Shown in pieces: positions 10,601-23,800 of a DNA stretch of 64,000 bases. The position numbers were made by a program, and so were the translations under genes. The DNA lies in the NCBI GenBank assembly GCA_964057225.1, contig OZ059899.1, forward strand, positions 17,236,001 through 17,300,000. Direction: 5' to 3'. The notes under the pieces were generated by a model. It saw only the letters and a program-made list of their open reading frames with translations. It searched no databases and was not told where the DNA came from. Source of the stretch: Auanema rhodensis. Taxonomy: Eukaryota; Animalia; Nematoda. The stretch's first letter is position 1, and the number at the start of each line of letters is the position of its first letter.

Positions 10601-13600
10601 ATAATTTCGCAAAAAGTGAATGTTTTTAGATTCCGTTTTTCAAGGCAAAGACGATGGACAATGTTATTCAACGAAAAAATTAATTCTGCAGAATGAAAAT
10701 CGAGGATATAAGTGTGAACTTATAACAGTTGATATATCGGTGCATTTTTAAGCTAGCGCAAATCTGATAACACAGATCGACGCAGCTTAAAAATCCGCAT
10801 CGAATGCACTATACAACATTGAGAAACGCTTAATACAAAAATTAGTTATGAGCGTTTGAAAAATGATGCATTAGTGTATGTTGAGTTTCCATGTACACTC
10901 AACATTGCTTCCAAAAACATTTTGACAAAAATTTTTCCAAAAAATTTCAAAATAATTTCGCAAAAAGTGAATGTTTTTAGATTCCGTTTTTCAAGGCAAA
11001 GACGATGGACAATGTTATTCAACGAAAAAATTAATTCTGCAGGGTGAAAATCGAGGATATAAGTGTGAACTTATATCAGTTGATATCTCGGTGCATTTTT
11101 AAGCTAGCGCAAATCTGATAACACAGATCGACGCAGCTTACAAATCCGCATCGAATGCCTTATACAACATTGAGAAACGCTTAATACAAAAATTAGTTAT
11201 GATCGTTTGAAAAAAGACGCATTAGTGTATGTTGAGTTTCCATGTACACTCAACATTGCTTCCAAAAACATTTTGACAAAAATTTTTCCAAAAAATTTCA
11301 AAATAATTTCGCAAAAAGTAAATGTTTTTAGATTCCTTTTTTCAAGGCAAAGACGATGGACATTGTTATTCAACGAAAAAACTAATTCTGCAGGGTGAAA
11401 ATCGAGGATATAAGTGTGAACTTATATCAGTTGATATCTCGGTGCATTTTTAAGCTAGCGCAAATCTGATAACACAGATCGACGCAGCTTACAAATCCGC
11501 ATCGAATGCCTTATACAACATTGAGAAACGCTTAATACAAAAATTAGTTATGATCGTTTGAAAAAAGACGCATTAGTGTATGTTGAGTTTCCATGTACAC
11601 TCAACATTGCTTCCAAAAACATTTTGACAAAAATTTTTCCAAAAAATTTCAAAATAATTTCGCAAAAAGTGAATGTTTTTAGATTCCGTTTTTCAAGGCA
11701 AAGACGATGGACAATGTTATTCAACGAAAAAATTAATTCTGCAGGGTGAAAATCGAGGATATAAGTGTGAACTTATATCAGTTGATATCTCGGTGCATTT
11801 TTAAGCTAGCGCAAATCTGATAACACAGATCGACGCAGCTTACAAATCCGCATCGAATGCCTTATACAACATTGAGAAACGCTTAATACAAAAATTAGTT
11901 ATGATCGTTTGAAAAAAGACGCATTAGTGTATGTTGAGTTTCCATGTACACTCAACATTGCTTCCAAAAACATTTTGACAAAAATTTTTCCAAAAAATTT
12001 CAAAATAATTTCGCAAAAAGTAAATGTTTTTAGATTCCTTTTTTCAAGGCAAAGACGATGGACATTGTTATTCAACGAAAAAATTAATTCTGCAGGGTGA
12101 AAATCGAGGATATAAGTGTGAACTTATATCAGTTGATATCTCGGTGCATTTTTAAGCTAGCGCAAATCTGATAACACAGATCGAAGCAGCTTACAAATCC
12201 GCATCGAATGCCTTTTACAACATTGAGAAACGCTTAATACAAAAATTAGTTATGATCGTTTGAAAAAAGACGCATTAGTGTATGTTGAGTTTCCATGTAC
12301 ACTCAACATTGCTTCCAAAAACATTTTGACAAAAATTTTTCCAAAAAATTTCAAAATAATTTCGCAAAAAGTGAATGTTTTTAGATTCCGTTTTTCAAGG
12401 TAAAGACGATGGACAATGTTATTCAACGAAAAAATTAATTCTGCAGGGTGAAAATCGAGGATATAAGTGTGAACTTATATCAGTTGATATCTCGGTGCAT
12501 TTTTAAGCTAGCGCAAATCTGATAACACAGATCGACGCAGCTTACAAATCCGCATCGAATGCCTTATACAACATTGAGAAACGCTTAATACAAAAATTAG
12601 TTATGATCGTTTGAAAAAAGACGCATTAGTGTATGTGGAGTTTCCATGTACACTCAACATTGCTTCCAAAAACATTTTGACAAAATTTTTTTCGAAAAAT
12701 TTCAAAATAATTTCGCAAAAAGTAAATGTTTTTAGATTCCTTTTTTTAAGGCAAAGACGATGGACAATGTTATTCAACGAAAAAATTAATTCTGCAGGGT
12801 GAAAATCGAGGATATAAGTGTGAACTTATATCAGTTGATATCTCGGTGCATTTTTAAGCTAGCGCAAATCTGATAACACAGATCGACGCAGTTTAAAAAT
12901 CCGCATCGAATGCACTATACTACATTGAGAAACGCTTAATACAAAACTTAGTTATGATCGTTTGAAAAAAGATGCATTAGTGTATGTTGAGTTTCCATGT
13001 ACACTCAACATTGCTTCCAAAAACATTTTGACAAAAATTTTTCCAAAAAATTTCGAAATAATTTCGCAAAAAGTGAATGTTTTTAGATTCCGTTTTTCAA
13101 GGCAAAGACGATGGACAATGTTATTCAACGAAAAAATTAATTCTGCAGAATGAAAATCGAGGATATAAGTGTGAACTTATAACAGTTGATATCTCGGTGC
13201 ATTTTTAAGCTAGCGCAAATCTGATAACACAGATCGACGCAGCTTAAAAATCCGCATCGAATGCACTATACAACATTGAGAAACGCTTAATACAAAAATT
13301 AGTTATGATCGTTTGAAAAAAGACGCATTAGTGTATGTTGAGTTTCCATGTACACTCAACATTGCTTCCAAAAACATTTTGACAAAAATTTTTCCAAAAA
13401 ATTTCAAAATAATTTCGCAAAAAGTAAATGTTTTTAGATTCCTTTTTTCAAGGCAAAGACGATGGACATTGTTATTCAACGAAAAAACTAATTCTGCAGG
13501 GTGAAAATCGAGGATATAAGTGTGAACTTATATCAGTTGATATCTCGGTGCATTTTTAAGCTAGCGCAAATCTGATAACACAGATCGACGCAGCTTACAA

Positions 13601-15067
13601 ATCCGCATCGAATGCCTTATACAACATTGAGAAACGCTTAATACAAAAATTAGTTATGATCGTTTGAAAAAAGACGCATTAGTGTATGTTGAGTTTCCAT
13701 GTACACTCAACATTGCTTCCAAAAACATTTTGACAAAAATTTTTCCAAAAAATTTCAAAATAATTTCGCAAAAAGTGAATGTTTTTAGATTCCGTTTTTC
13801 AAGGCAAAGACGATGGACAATGTTATTCAACGAAAAAATTAATTCTGCAGGGTGAAAATCGAGGATATAAGTGTGAACTTATATCAGTTGATATCTCGGT
13901 GCATTTTTAAGCTAGCGCAAATCTGATAACACAGATCGACGCAGCTTACAAATCCGCATCGAATGCCTTATACAACATTGAGAAACGCTTAATACAAAAA
14001 TTAGTTATGATCGTTTGAAAAAAGACGCATTAGTGTATGTTGAGTTTCCATGTACACTCAACATTGCTTCCAAAAACATTTTGACAAAAATTTTTCCAAA
14101 AAATTTCAAAATAATTTCGCAAAAAGTAAATGTTTTTAGATTCCTTTTTTCAAGGCAAAGACGATGGACATTGTTATTCAACGAAAAAATTAATTCTGCA
14201 GGGTGAAAATCGAGGATATAAGTGTGAACTTATATCAGTTGATATCTCGGTGCATTTTTAAGCTAGCGCAAATCTGATAACACAGATCGACGCAGTTTAA
14301 AAATCCGCATCGAATGCACTATACTACATTGAGAAACGCTTAATACAAAACTTAGTTATGATCGTTTGAAAAAAGATGCATTAGTGTATGTTGAGTTTCC
14401 ATGTACACTCAACATTGCTTCCAAAAACATTTTGACAAAAATTTTTCCAAAAAATTTCAAAATAATTTCGCAAAAAGTGAATGTTTTTAGATTCCGTTTT
14501 TCAAGGCAAAGACGATGGACAATGTTATTCAACGAAAAAATTAATTCTGCAGGGTGAAAATCGAGGATATAAGTGTGAACTTATATCAGTTGATATCTCG
14601 GTGCATTTTTAAGCTAGCGCAAATCTGATAACACAGATCGACGCAGCTTACAAATCCGCATCGAATGCCTTATACAACATTGAGAAACGCTTAATACAAA
14701 AATTAGTTATGATCGTTTGAAAAAAGACGCATTAGTGTATGTTGAGTTTCCATGTACACTCAACATTGCTTCCAAAAACATTTTGACAAAAATTTTTCCA
14801 AAAAATTTCAAAATAATTTCGCAAAAAGTGAATGTTTTTAGATTCCGTTTTTCAAGGCAAAGACGATGGACAATGTTATTCAACGAAAAAATTAATTCTG
14901 CAGAATGAAAATCGAGGATATAAGTGTGAACTTATAACAGTTGATATCTCGGTGCATTTTTAAGCTAGCGCAAATCTGATAACACAGATCGACGCAGCTT
15001 AAAAATCCGCATCGAATGCACTATACAACATTGAGAAACGCTTAATACAAAAATTAGTTATGATCGT
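7697..15067. repeat. Nine-monomer block duplication (7697-10855 and 11909-15067, offset 4212 bp = 12 monomers)
   Basis: Both blocks carry the same ordered rare variants: gaagcag with ccttttac, aggtaa, tatgtggag, cttataac and aaaaactaatt. Confidence 0.9.
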
Positions 15068-17874
15068 TTGAAAAATGATGCATTAGTGTATGTTGAGTTT
15101 CCATGTACACTCAACATTGCTTCCAAAAACATTTTTACAAAAATTTTTCCGAAAAATTTCAAAATAATTTCGCAAAAAGTAGATGTTTTTAGATTCCTTT
15201 TTTCAAGGCAAAGACGATGGACAATGTAATTCAACGAAAAAATTAATTCTCCAGGGTGAAAATCGAGGATGTAAGTGTGAGCTTATATCAGTTGATATCT
15301 CGGTGCATTTTTAAGCTAGCGCAAATCTGATAACACAGATCGACGCAGCTTACAAATCCGCATCGAATGCACTATACAACATTGAGAAACGCTTAATACA
15401 AAAATTAGTTATGATCGTTTGAAAAATGATGCATTAGTGTATGTTGAGTTTCCATGTACACTCAACATTGCTTCCAAAAACATTTTGACAAAATTTTTTT
15501 CGAAAAATTTCAAAATAATTTCGCAAAAAGTAAATGTTTTTAGATTCCTTTTTTTAAGGCAAAGACGATGGACAATGTTATTCAACGAAAAAATTAATTC
15601 TGCAGGGTGAAAATCGAGGATATAAGTGTGAACTTATATCAGTTGATATCTCGGTGCATTTTTAAGCTAGCGCAAATCTGATAACACAGATCGACGCAGT
15701 TTAAAAATCCGCATCGAATGCACTATACTACATTGAGAAACGCTTAATACAAAACTTAGTTATGATCGTTTGAAAAAAGATGCATTAGTGTATGTTGAGT
15801 TTCCATGTACACTCAACATTGCTTCCAAAAACATTTTGACAAAAATTTTTCCAAAAAATTTCGAAATAATTTCGCAAAAAGTGAATGTTTTTAGATTCCG
15901 TTTTTCAAGGCAAAGACGATGGACAATGTTATTTAACGAAAAAATTAATTCTGCAGAATGAAAATCGAGGATATAAGTGTGAACTTATAACAGTTGATAT
16001 CTCGGTGCATTTTTAAGCTAGCGCAAATCTGGTAACACAGATCGACGCAGCTTAAAAATCCGCATCGAATGCACTATACAACATTGAGAAACGCTTAATA
16101 CAAAAATTAGTTATGATCGTTTGAAAAATGATGCATTAGTGTATGTTGAGTTCCCATGTACACTCAACATTGCTTCCAAAAACATTTTGACAAAATTTTT
16201 TTCGAAAAATTTCAAAATAATTTCGCAAAAAGTAAATGTTTTTAGATTCCTTTTTTTAAGGCAAAGACGATTTACAATGTTATTCAACGAAAAAATTAAT
16301 TCTCCAGGGTGAAAATCGAGGATGTAAGTGTGAGCTTATATCAGTTGATATCTCGGTGCATTTTTAAGCTAGCGCAAATCTGATAACACAGATCGACGCA
16401 GCTTACAAATCCGCATCGAATGCACTATACAACATTGAGAAACGCTTAATACAAAAATTAGTTATGATCGTTTGAAAAATGATGCATTAGTGTATGTTGA
16501 GTTTCCATGTACACTCAACATTGCTTCCAAAAACATTTTGACAAAATTTTTTTCGAAAAATTTCAAAATAATTTCGCAAAAAGTAAATGTTTTTAGATTC
16601 CTTTTTTTAAGGCAAAGACGATGGACAATGTTATTCAACGAAAAAATTAATTCTGCAGGGTGAAAATCGAGGATATAAGTGTGAACTTATATCAGTTGAT
16701 ATCTCGGTGCATTTTTAAGCTAGCGCAAATCTGATAACACAGATCGACGCAGTTTAAAAATCCGCATCGAATGCACTATACTACATTGAGAAACGCTTAA
16801 TACAAAACTTAGTTATGATCGTTTGAAAAAAGATGCATTAGTGTATGTTGAGTTTCCATGTACACTCAACATTGCTTCCAAAAACATTTTGACAAAAATT
16901 TTTCCAAAAAATTTCGAAATAATTTCGCAAAAAGTGAATGTTTTTAGATTCCGTTTTTCAAGGCAAAGACGATGGACAATGTTATTCAACGAAAAAATTA
17001 ATTCTGCAGAATGAAAATCGAGGATATAAGTGTGAACTTATAACAGTTGATATCTCGGTGCATTTTTAAGCTAGCGCAAATCTGATAACACAGATCGACG
17101 CAGCTTAAAAATCCGCATCGAATGCACTATACAACATTGAGAAACGCTTAATACAAAAATTAGTTATGATCGTTTGAAAAATGATGCATTAGTGTATGTT
17201 GAGTTTCCATGTACACTCAACATTGCTTCCAAAAACATTTTGACAAATTTTTTTCGAAAAATTTCAAAATAATTTCGCAAAAAGTAAATGTTTTTAGATT
17301 CCTTTTTTTAAGGCAAAGACGATGGACAATGTTATTCAACGAAAAAATTAATTCTGCAGGGTGAAAATCGAGGATATAAGTGTGAACTTATATCAGTTGA
17401 TATCTCGGTGCATTTTTAAGCTAGCGCAAATCTGATAACACAGATCGACGCAGTTTAAAAATCCGCATCGAATGCACTATACTACATTGAGAAACGCTTA
17501 ATACAAAACTTAGTTATGATCGTTTGAAAAAAGATGCATTAGTGTATGTTGAGTTTCCATGTACACTCAACATTGCTTCCAAAAACATTTTGACAAAAAT
17601 TTTTCCAAAAAATTTCGAAATAATTTCGCAAAAAGTGAATGTTTTTAGATTCCGTTTTTCAAGGCAAAGACGATGGACAATGTTATTCAACGAAAAAATT
17701 AATTCTGCAGAATGAAAATCGAGGATATAAGTGTGAACTTATAACAGTTGATATCTCGGTGCATTTTTAAGCTAGCGCAAATCTGATAACACAGATCGAC
17801 GCAGCTTAAAAATCCGCATCGAATGCACTATACAACATTGAGAAACGCTTAATACAAAAATTAGTTATGATCGT

Positions 17875-20800
17875 TTGAAAAATGATGCATTAGTGTATGT
17901 TGAGTTCCCATGTACACTCAACATTGCTTCCAAAAACATTTTGACAAAATTTTTTTCGAAAAATTTCAAAATAATTTCGCAAAAAGTAAATGTTTTTAGA
18001 TTCCTTTTTTTAAGGCAAAGACGATGGACAATGTTATTCAACGAAAAAATTAATTCTCCAGGGTGAAAATCGAGGATGTAAGTGTGAGCTTATATCAGTT
18101 GATATCTCGGTGCATTTTTAAGCTAGCGCAAATCTGATAACACAGATCGACGCAGCTTACAAATCCGCATCGAATGCACTATACAACATTGAGAAACGCT
18201 TAATACAAAAATTAGTTATGATCGTTTGAAAAATGATGCATTAGTGTATGTTGAGTTTCCATGTACACTCAACATTGCTTCCAAAAACATTTTGACAAAA
18301 TTTTTTTCGAAAAATTTCGAAATAATTTCGCAAAAAGTGAATGTTTTTAGATTCCGTTTTTCAAGGCAAAGACGATGGACAATGTTATTCAACGAAAAAA
18401 TTAATTCTGCAGAATGAAAATCGAGGATATAAGTGTGAACTTATATCAGTTGATATCTCGGTGCATTTTTAAGCTAGCGCAAATCTGATAACACAGATCG
18501 ACGCAGCTTAGAAATCCGCATCGAATGCACTATACAACATTGAGAAACGCTTAATACAAAAATTAGTTATGATCGTTTGAAAAATGATGCATTAGTGTAT
18601 GTTGAGTTTCCATGTACACTCAACATTGCTTCCAAAAACATTTTTACAAAAATTTTTCCGAAAAATTTCAAAATAATTTCGCAAAAAGTAGATTTTTTTA
18701 GATTCCTTTTTTCAAGGCAAAGACGATGAACAATGTTATTCAACGAAAAAATTAATTCTCCAGGGTGAAAATCGAGGATGTAAGTGTGAGCTTATATCAG
18801 TTGATATCTCGGTGCATTTTTAAGCTAGCGCAAATCTGATAACACAGATCGACGCAGCTTACAAATCCGCATCGAATGCACTATACAACATTGAGAAACG
18901 CTTAATACAAAAATTAGTTATGATCGTTTGAAAAATGATGCATTAGTGTATGTTGAGTTTCCATGTACACTCAACATTGCTTCCAAAAACATTTTGACAA
19001 AAATTTTTTCGAAAAATTTCAAAATAATTTCGCAAAAAGTAAATGTTTTTAGATTCCTTTTTTTAAGGCAAAGACGATGGACAATGTTATTCAACGAAAA
19101 AATTAATTCTTCAGGGTAAAAATCGAGGATATAAGTGTGAACTTATATCAGTTGATATCTCGGTGCATTTTTAAGCTAGCGCAAATCTGATAACACAGAT
19201 CGACGCAGTTTAAAAATCCGCATCGAATGCACTATACTACATTGAGAAACGCTTAATACAAAACTTAGTTATGATCGTTTGAAAAAAGATGCATTAGTGT
19301 ATGTTGAGTTTCCATGTACACTCAACATTGCTTCCAAAAACATTTTGACAAAAATTTTTCCAAAAAATTTCAAAATAATTTCGCAAAAAGTGAATGTTTT
19401 TAGATTCCGTTTTTCAAGGCAAAGACGATGGACAATGTTATTCAACGAAAAAATTAATTCTGCAGAATGAAAATCGAGGATATAAGTGTGAACTTATATC
19501 AGTTGATATCTCGGTGCATTTTTAAGCTAGCGCAAATCTGATAACACAGATCGACGCAGTTTAAAAATCCGCATCGAATGCACTATACTACATTGAGAAA
19601 CGCTCAATACAAAAATTAGTTATGATCGTTTGAAAAATGATGCATTAGTGTATGTTGAGTTTCCATGTACACTCAACATTGCTTCCAAAAACATTTTTAC
19701 AAAAATTTTTCCGAAAAATTTCAAAATAATTTCGCAAAAAGTAGATGTTTTTAGATTCCTTTTTTCAAGGCAAAGACGATGGACAATGTTATTCAACGAA
19801 AAAATTAATTCTCCAGGGTGAAAATCGAGGATGTAAGTGTGAGCTTATATCAGTTGATATCTCGGTGCATTTTTAAGCTAGCGCAAATCTGATAACACAG
19901 ATCGACGCAGCTTACAAATCCGCATCGAATGCACTATACAACATTGAGAAACGCTTAATACAAAAATTAGTTATGATCGTTTGAAAAATGATGCATTAGT
20001 GTATGTTGAGTTTCCATGTACACTCAACATTGCTTCCAAAAACATTTTGACAAAAATTTTTTCGAAAAATTTCAAAATAATTTCGCAAAAAGTAGATGTT
20101 TTTAGATTCCTTTTTTTAAGGCAAAGACGATGGACAATGTTATTCAACGAAAAAATTAATTCTGCAGGGTGAAAATCGAGGATGTAAGTGTGAACTTATA
20201 TCAGTTGATATCTCGGTGCATTTTTAAGCTAGCGCAAATCTGATAACTCAGATCGACGCAGTTTAAAAATCCGCATCGAATGCACTATACTACATTGAGA
20301 AAAGCTTAATACAAAACTTAGTTATGATCGTTTGAAAAAAGATGCATTAGTGTATGTTGAGTTTCCATGTACACTCAACATTGCTTCCAAAAACATTTTT
20401 ACAAAAATTTTTCCGAAAAATTTCGAAATAATTTCGCAGAAAGTAGATGTTTTTAGATTCCTTTTTTCAAGGCAAAGACGATGGACAATGTTATTCAACG
20501 AAAAAATTAATTCTCCAGGGTGAAAATCGAGGATGTAAGTGTGAGCTTATATCAGTTGATATCTCGGTGCATTTTTAAGCTAGCGCAAATCTGATAACAC
20601 AGATCGACGCAGCTTACAAATCCGCATCGAATGCACTATACAACATTGAGAAACGCTTAATACAAAAATTAGTTATGATCGTTTGAAAAATGATGCATTA
20701 GTGTATGTTGAGTTTCCATGTACACTCAACATTGCTTCCAAAAACATTTTGACAAAAATTTTTTCGAAAAATTTCAAAATAATTTCGCAAAAAGTAAATG

Positions 20801-23800
20801 TTTTTAGATTCCTTTTTTTAAGGCAAAGACGATGGACAATGTTATTCAACGAAAAAATTAATTCTGCAGGGTGAAAATCGAGGATGTAAGTGTGAACTTA
20901 TATCAGTTGATATCTCGGTGCATTTTTAAGCTAGCGCAAATCTGATAACACAGATCGACGCAGTTTAAAAATCCGCATCGAATGCACTATACTACATTGA
21001 GAAACGCTTAATACAAAACTTAGTTATGATCGTTTGAAAAAAGATGCATTAGTGTATGTTGAGTTTCCATGTACACTCAACATTGCTTCCAAAAACATTT
21101 TTACAAAAATTTTTCCGAAAAATTTCGAAATAATTTCGCAGAAAGTAGATGTTTTTAGATTCCTTTTTTCAAGGCAAAGACGATGGACATTGTTATTCAA
21201 CGAAAAAATTAATTCTGCAGGGTGAAAATCGAGGATGTAAGTGTGAGCTTATATCAGTTGATATCTCGGTGCATTTTTAAGCTAGCGCAAATCTGATAAC
21301 ACAGATCGACGCAGCTTACAAATCCGCATCGAATGCACTATACAACATTGAGAAACGCTTAATACAAAAATTAGTTATGATCGTTTGAAAAATGATGCAT
21401 TAGTGTATGTTGAGTTTCCATGTACACTCAACATTGCTTCCAAAAACATTTTGACAAAAATTTTTTCGAAAAATTTCAAAATAATTTCGCAAAAAGTAAA
21501 TGTTTTTAGATTCCTTTTTTTAAGGCAAAGACGATGGACAATGTTATTCAACGAAAAAATTAATTCTCCAGGGTGAAAATCGAGGATGTAAGTGTGAGCT
21601 TATATCAGTTGATATCTCGGTGCATTTTTAAGCTAGCGCAAATCTGATAACACAGATCGACGCAGCTTAAAAATCCGCATCGAATGCACTATACAACATT
21701 GAGAAACGCTTGATACAAAAATTAGTTATGATCGTTTGAAAAATGATGCATTAGTGTATGTTGAGTTTCCATGTACACTCAACATTGCTTCCAAAAACAT
21801 TTTTACAAAAATTTTTCCGAAAAATTACAAAATAATTTCGCAAAAAGTAGATGTTTTTAGATTCCTTTTTTCAAGGCAAAGACGATGGACAATGTTATTC
21901 AACGAAAAAATTAATTCTCCAGGGTGAAAATCGAGAATATAAGTGTGAACTTATATCAGTTGATATCTCGGTGCATTTTTAAGCTAGCGCAAATCTGATA
22001 ACACAGATCGACGCAGCTTAAAAATCCGCATCGAATGCACTATACAACATTGAGAAACGCTTAATACAAAAATTAGTTATGATCGTTTGAAAAATGATGC
22101 ATTAGTGTATGTTGAGTTCCCATGTACACTCAACATTGCTTCCAAAAACATTTTGACAAAATTTTTTTCGAAAAATTTCAAAATAATTTCGCAAAAAGTA
22201 AATGTTTTTAGATTCCTTTTTTTAAGGCAAAGACGATGGACAATGTTATTCAACGAAAAAATTAATTCTCCAGGGTGAAAATCGAGGATGTAAGTGTGAG
22301 CTTATATCAGTTGATATCTCGGTGCATTTTTAAGCTAGCGCAAATCTGATAACACAGATCGACGCAGCTTACAAATCCGCATCGAATGCACTATACAACA
22401 TTGAGAAACGCTTAATACAAAAATTAGTTATGATCGTTTGAAAAATGATGCATTAGTGTATGTTGAGTTTCCATGTACACTCAACATTGCTTCCAAAAAC
22501 ATTTTGACAAAATTTTTTTCGAAAAATTTCGAAATAATTTCGCAAAAAGTGAATGTTTTTAGATTCCGTTTTTCAAGGCAAAGACGATGGACAATGTTAT
22601 TCAACGAAAAAATTAATTCTGCAGAATGAAAATCGAGGATATAAGTGTGAACTTATATCAGTTGATATCTCGGTGCATTTTTAAGCTAGCGCAAATCTGA
22701 TAACACAGATCGACGCAGCTTAGAAATCCGCATCGAATGCACTATACAACATTGAGAAACGCTTAATACAAAAATTAGTTATGATCGTTTGAAAAATGAT
22801 GCATTAGTGTATGTTGAGTTTCCATGTACACTCAACATTGCTTCCAAAAACATTTTTACAAAAATTTTTCCGAAAAATTTCAAAATAATTTCGCAAAAAG
22901 TAGATTTTTTTAGATTCCTTTTTTCAAGGCAAAGACGATGAACAATGTTATTCAACGAAAAAATTAATTCTCCAGGGTGAAAATCGAGGATGTAAGTGTG
23001 AGCTTATATCAGTTGATATCTCGGTGCATTTTTAAGCTAGCGCAAATCTGATAACACAGATCGACGCAGCTTACAAATCCGCATCGAATGCACTATACAA
23101 CATTGAGAAACGCTTAATACAAAAATTAGTTATGATCGTTTGAAAAATGATGCATTAGTGTATGTTGAGTTTCCATGTACACTCAACATTGCTTCCAAAA
23201 ACATTTTGACAAAAATTTTTTCGAAAAATTTCAAAATAATTTCGCAAAAAGTAAATGTTTTTAGATTCCTTTTTTTAAGGCAAAGACGATGGACAATGTT
23301 ATTCAACGAAAAAATTAATTCTTCAGGGTAAAAATCGAGGATATAAGTGTGAACTTATATCAGTTGATATCTCGGTGCATTTTTAAGCTAGCGCAAATCT
23401 GATAACACAGATCGACGCAGCTTACAAATCCGCATCGAATGCACTATACAACATTGAGAAACGCTTAATACAAAAATTAGTTATGATCGTTTGAAAAATG
23501 ATGCATTAGTGTATGTTGAGTTTCCATGTACACTCAACATTGCTTCCAAAAACATTTTGACAAAAATTTTTTCGAAAAATTTCAAAATAATTTCGCAAAA
23601 AGTAGATGTTTTTAGATTCCTTTTTTTAAGGCAAAGACGATGGACAATGTTATTCAACGAAAAAATTAATTCTGCAGGGTGAAAATCGAGGATGTAAGTG
23701 TGAACTTATATCAGTTGATATCTCGGTGCATTTTTAAGCTAGCGCAAATCTGATAACTCAGATCGACGCAGTTTAAAAATCCGCATCGAATGCACTATAC

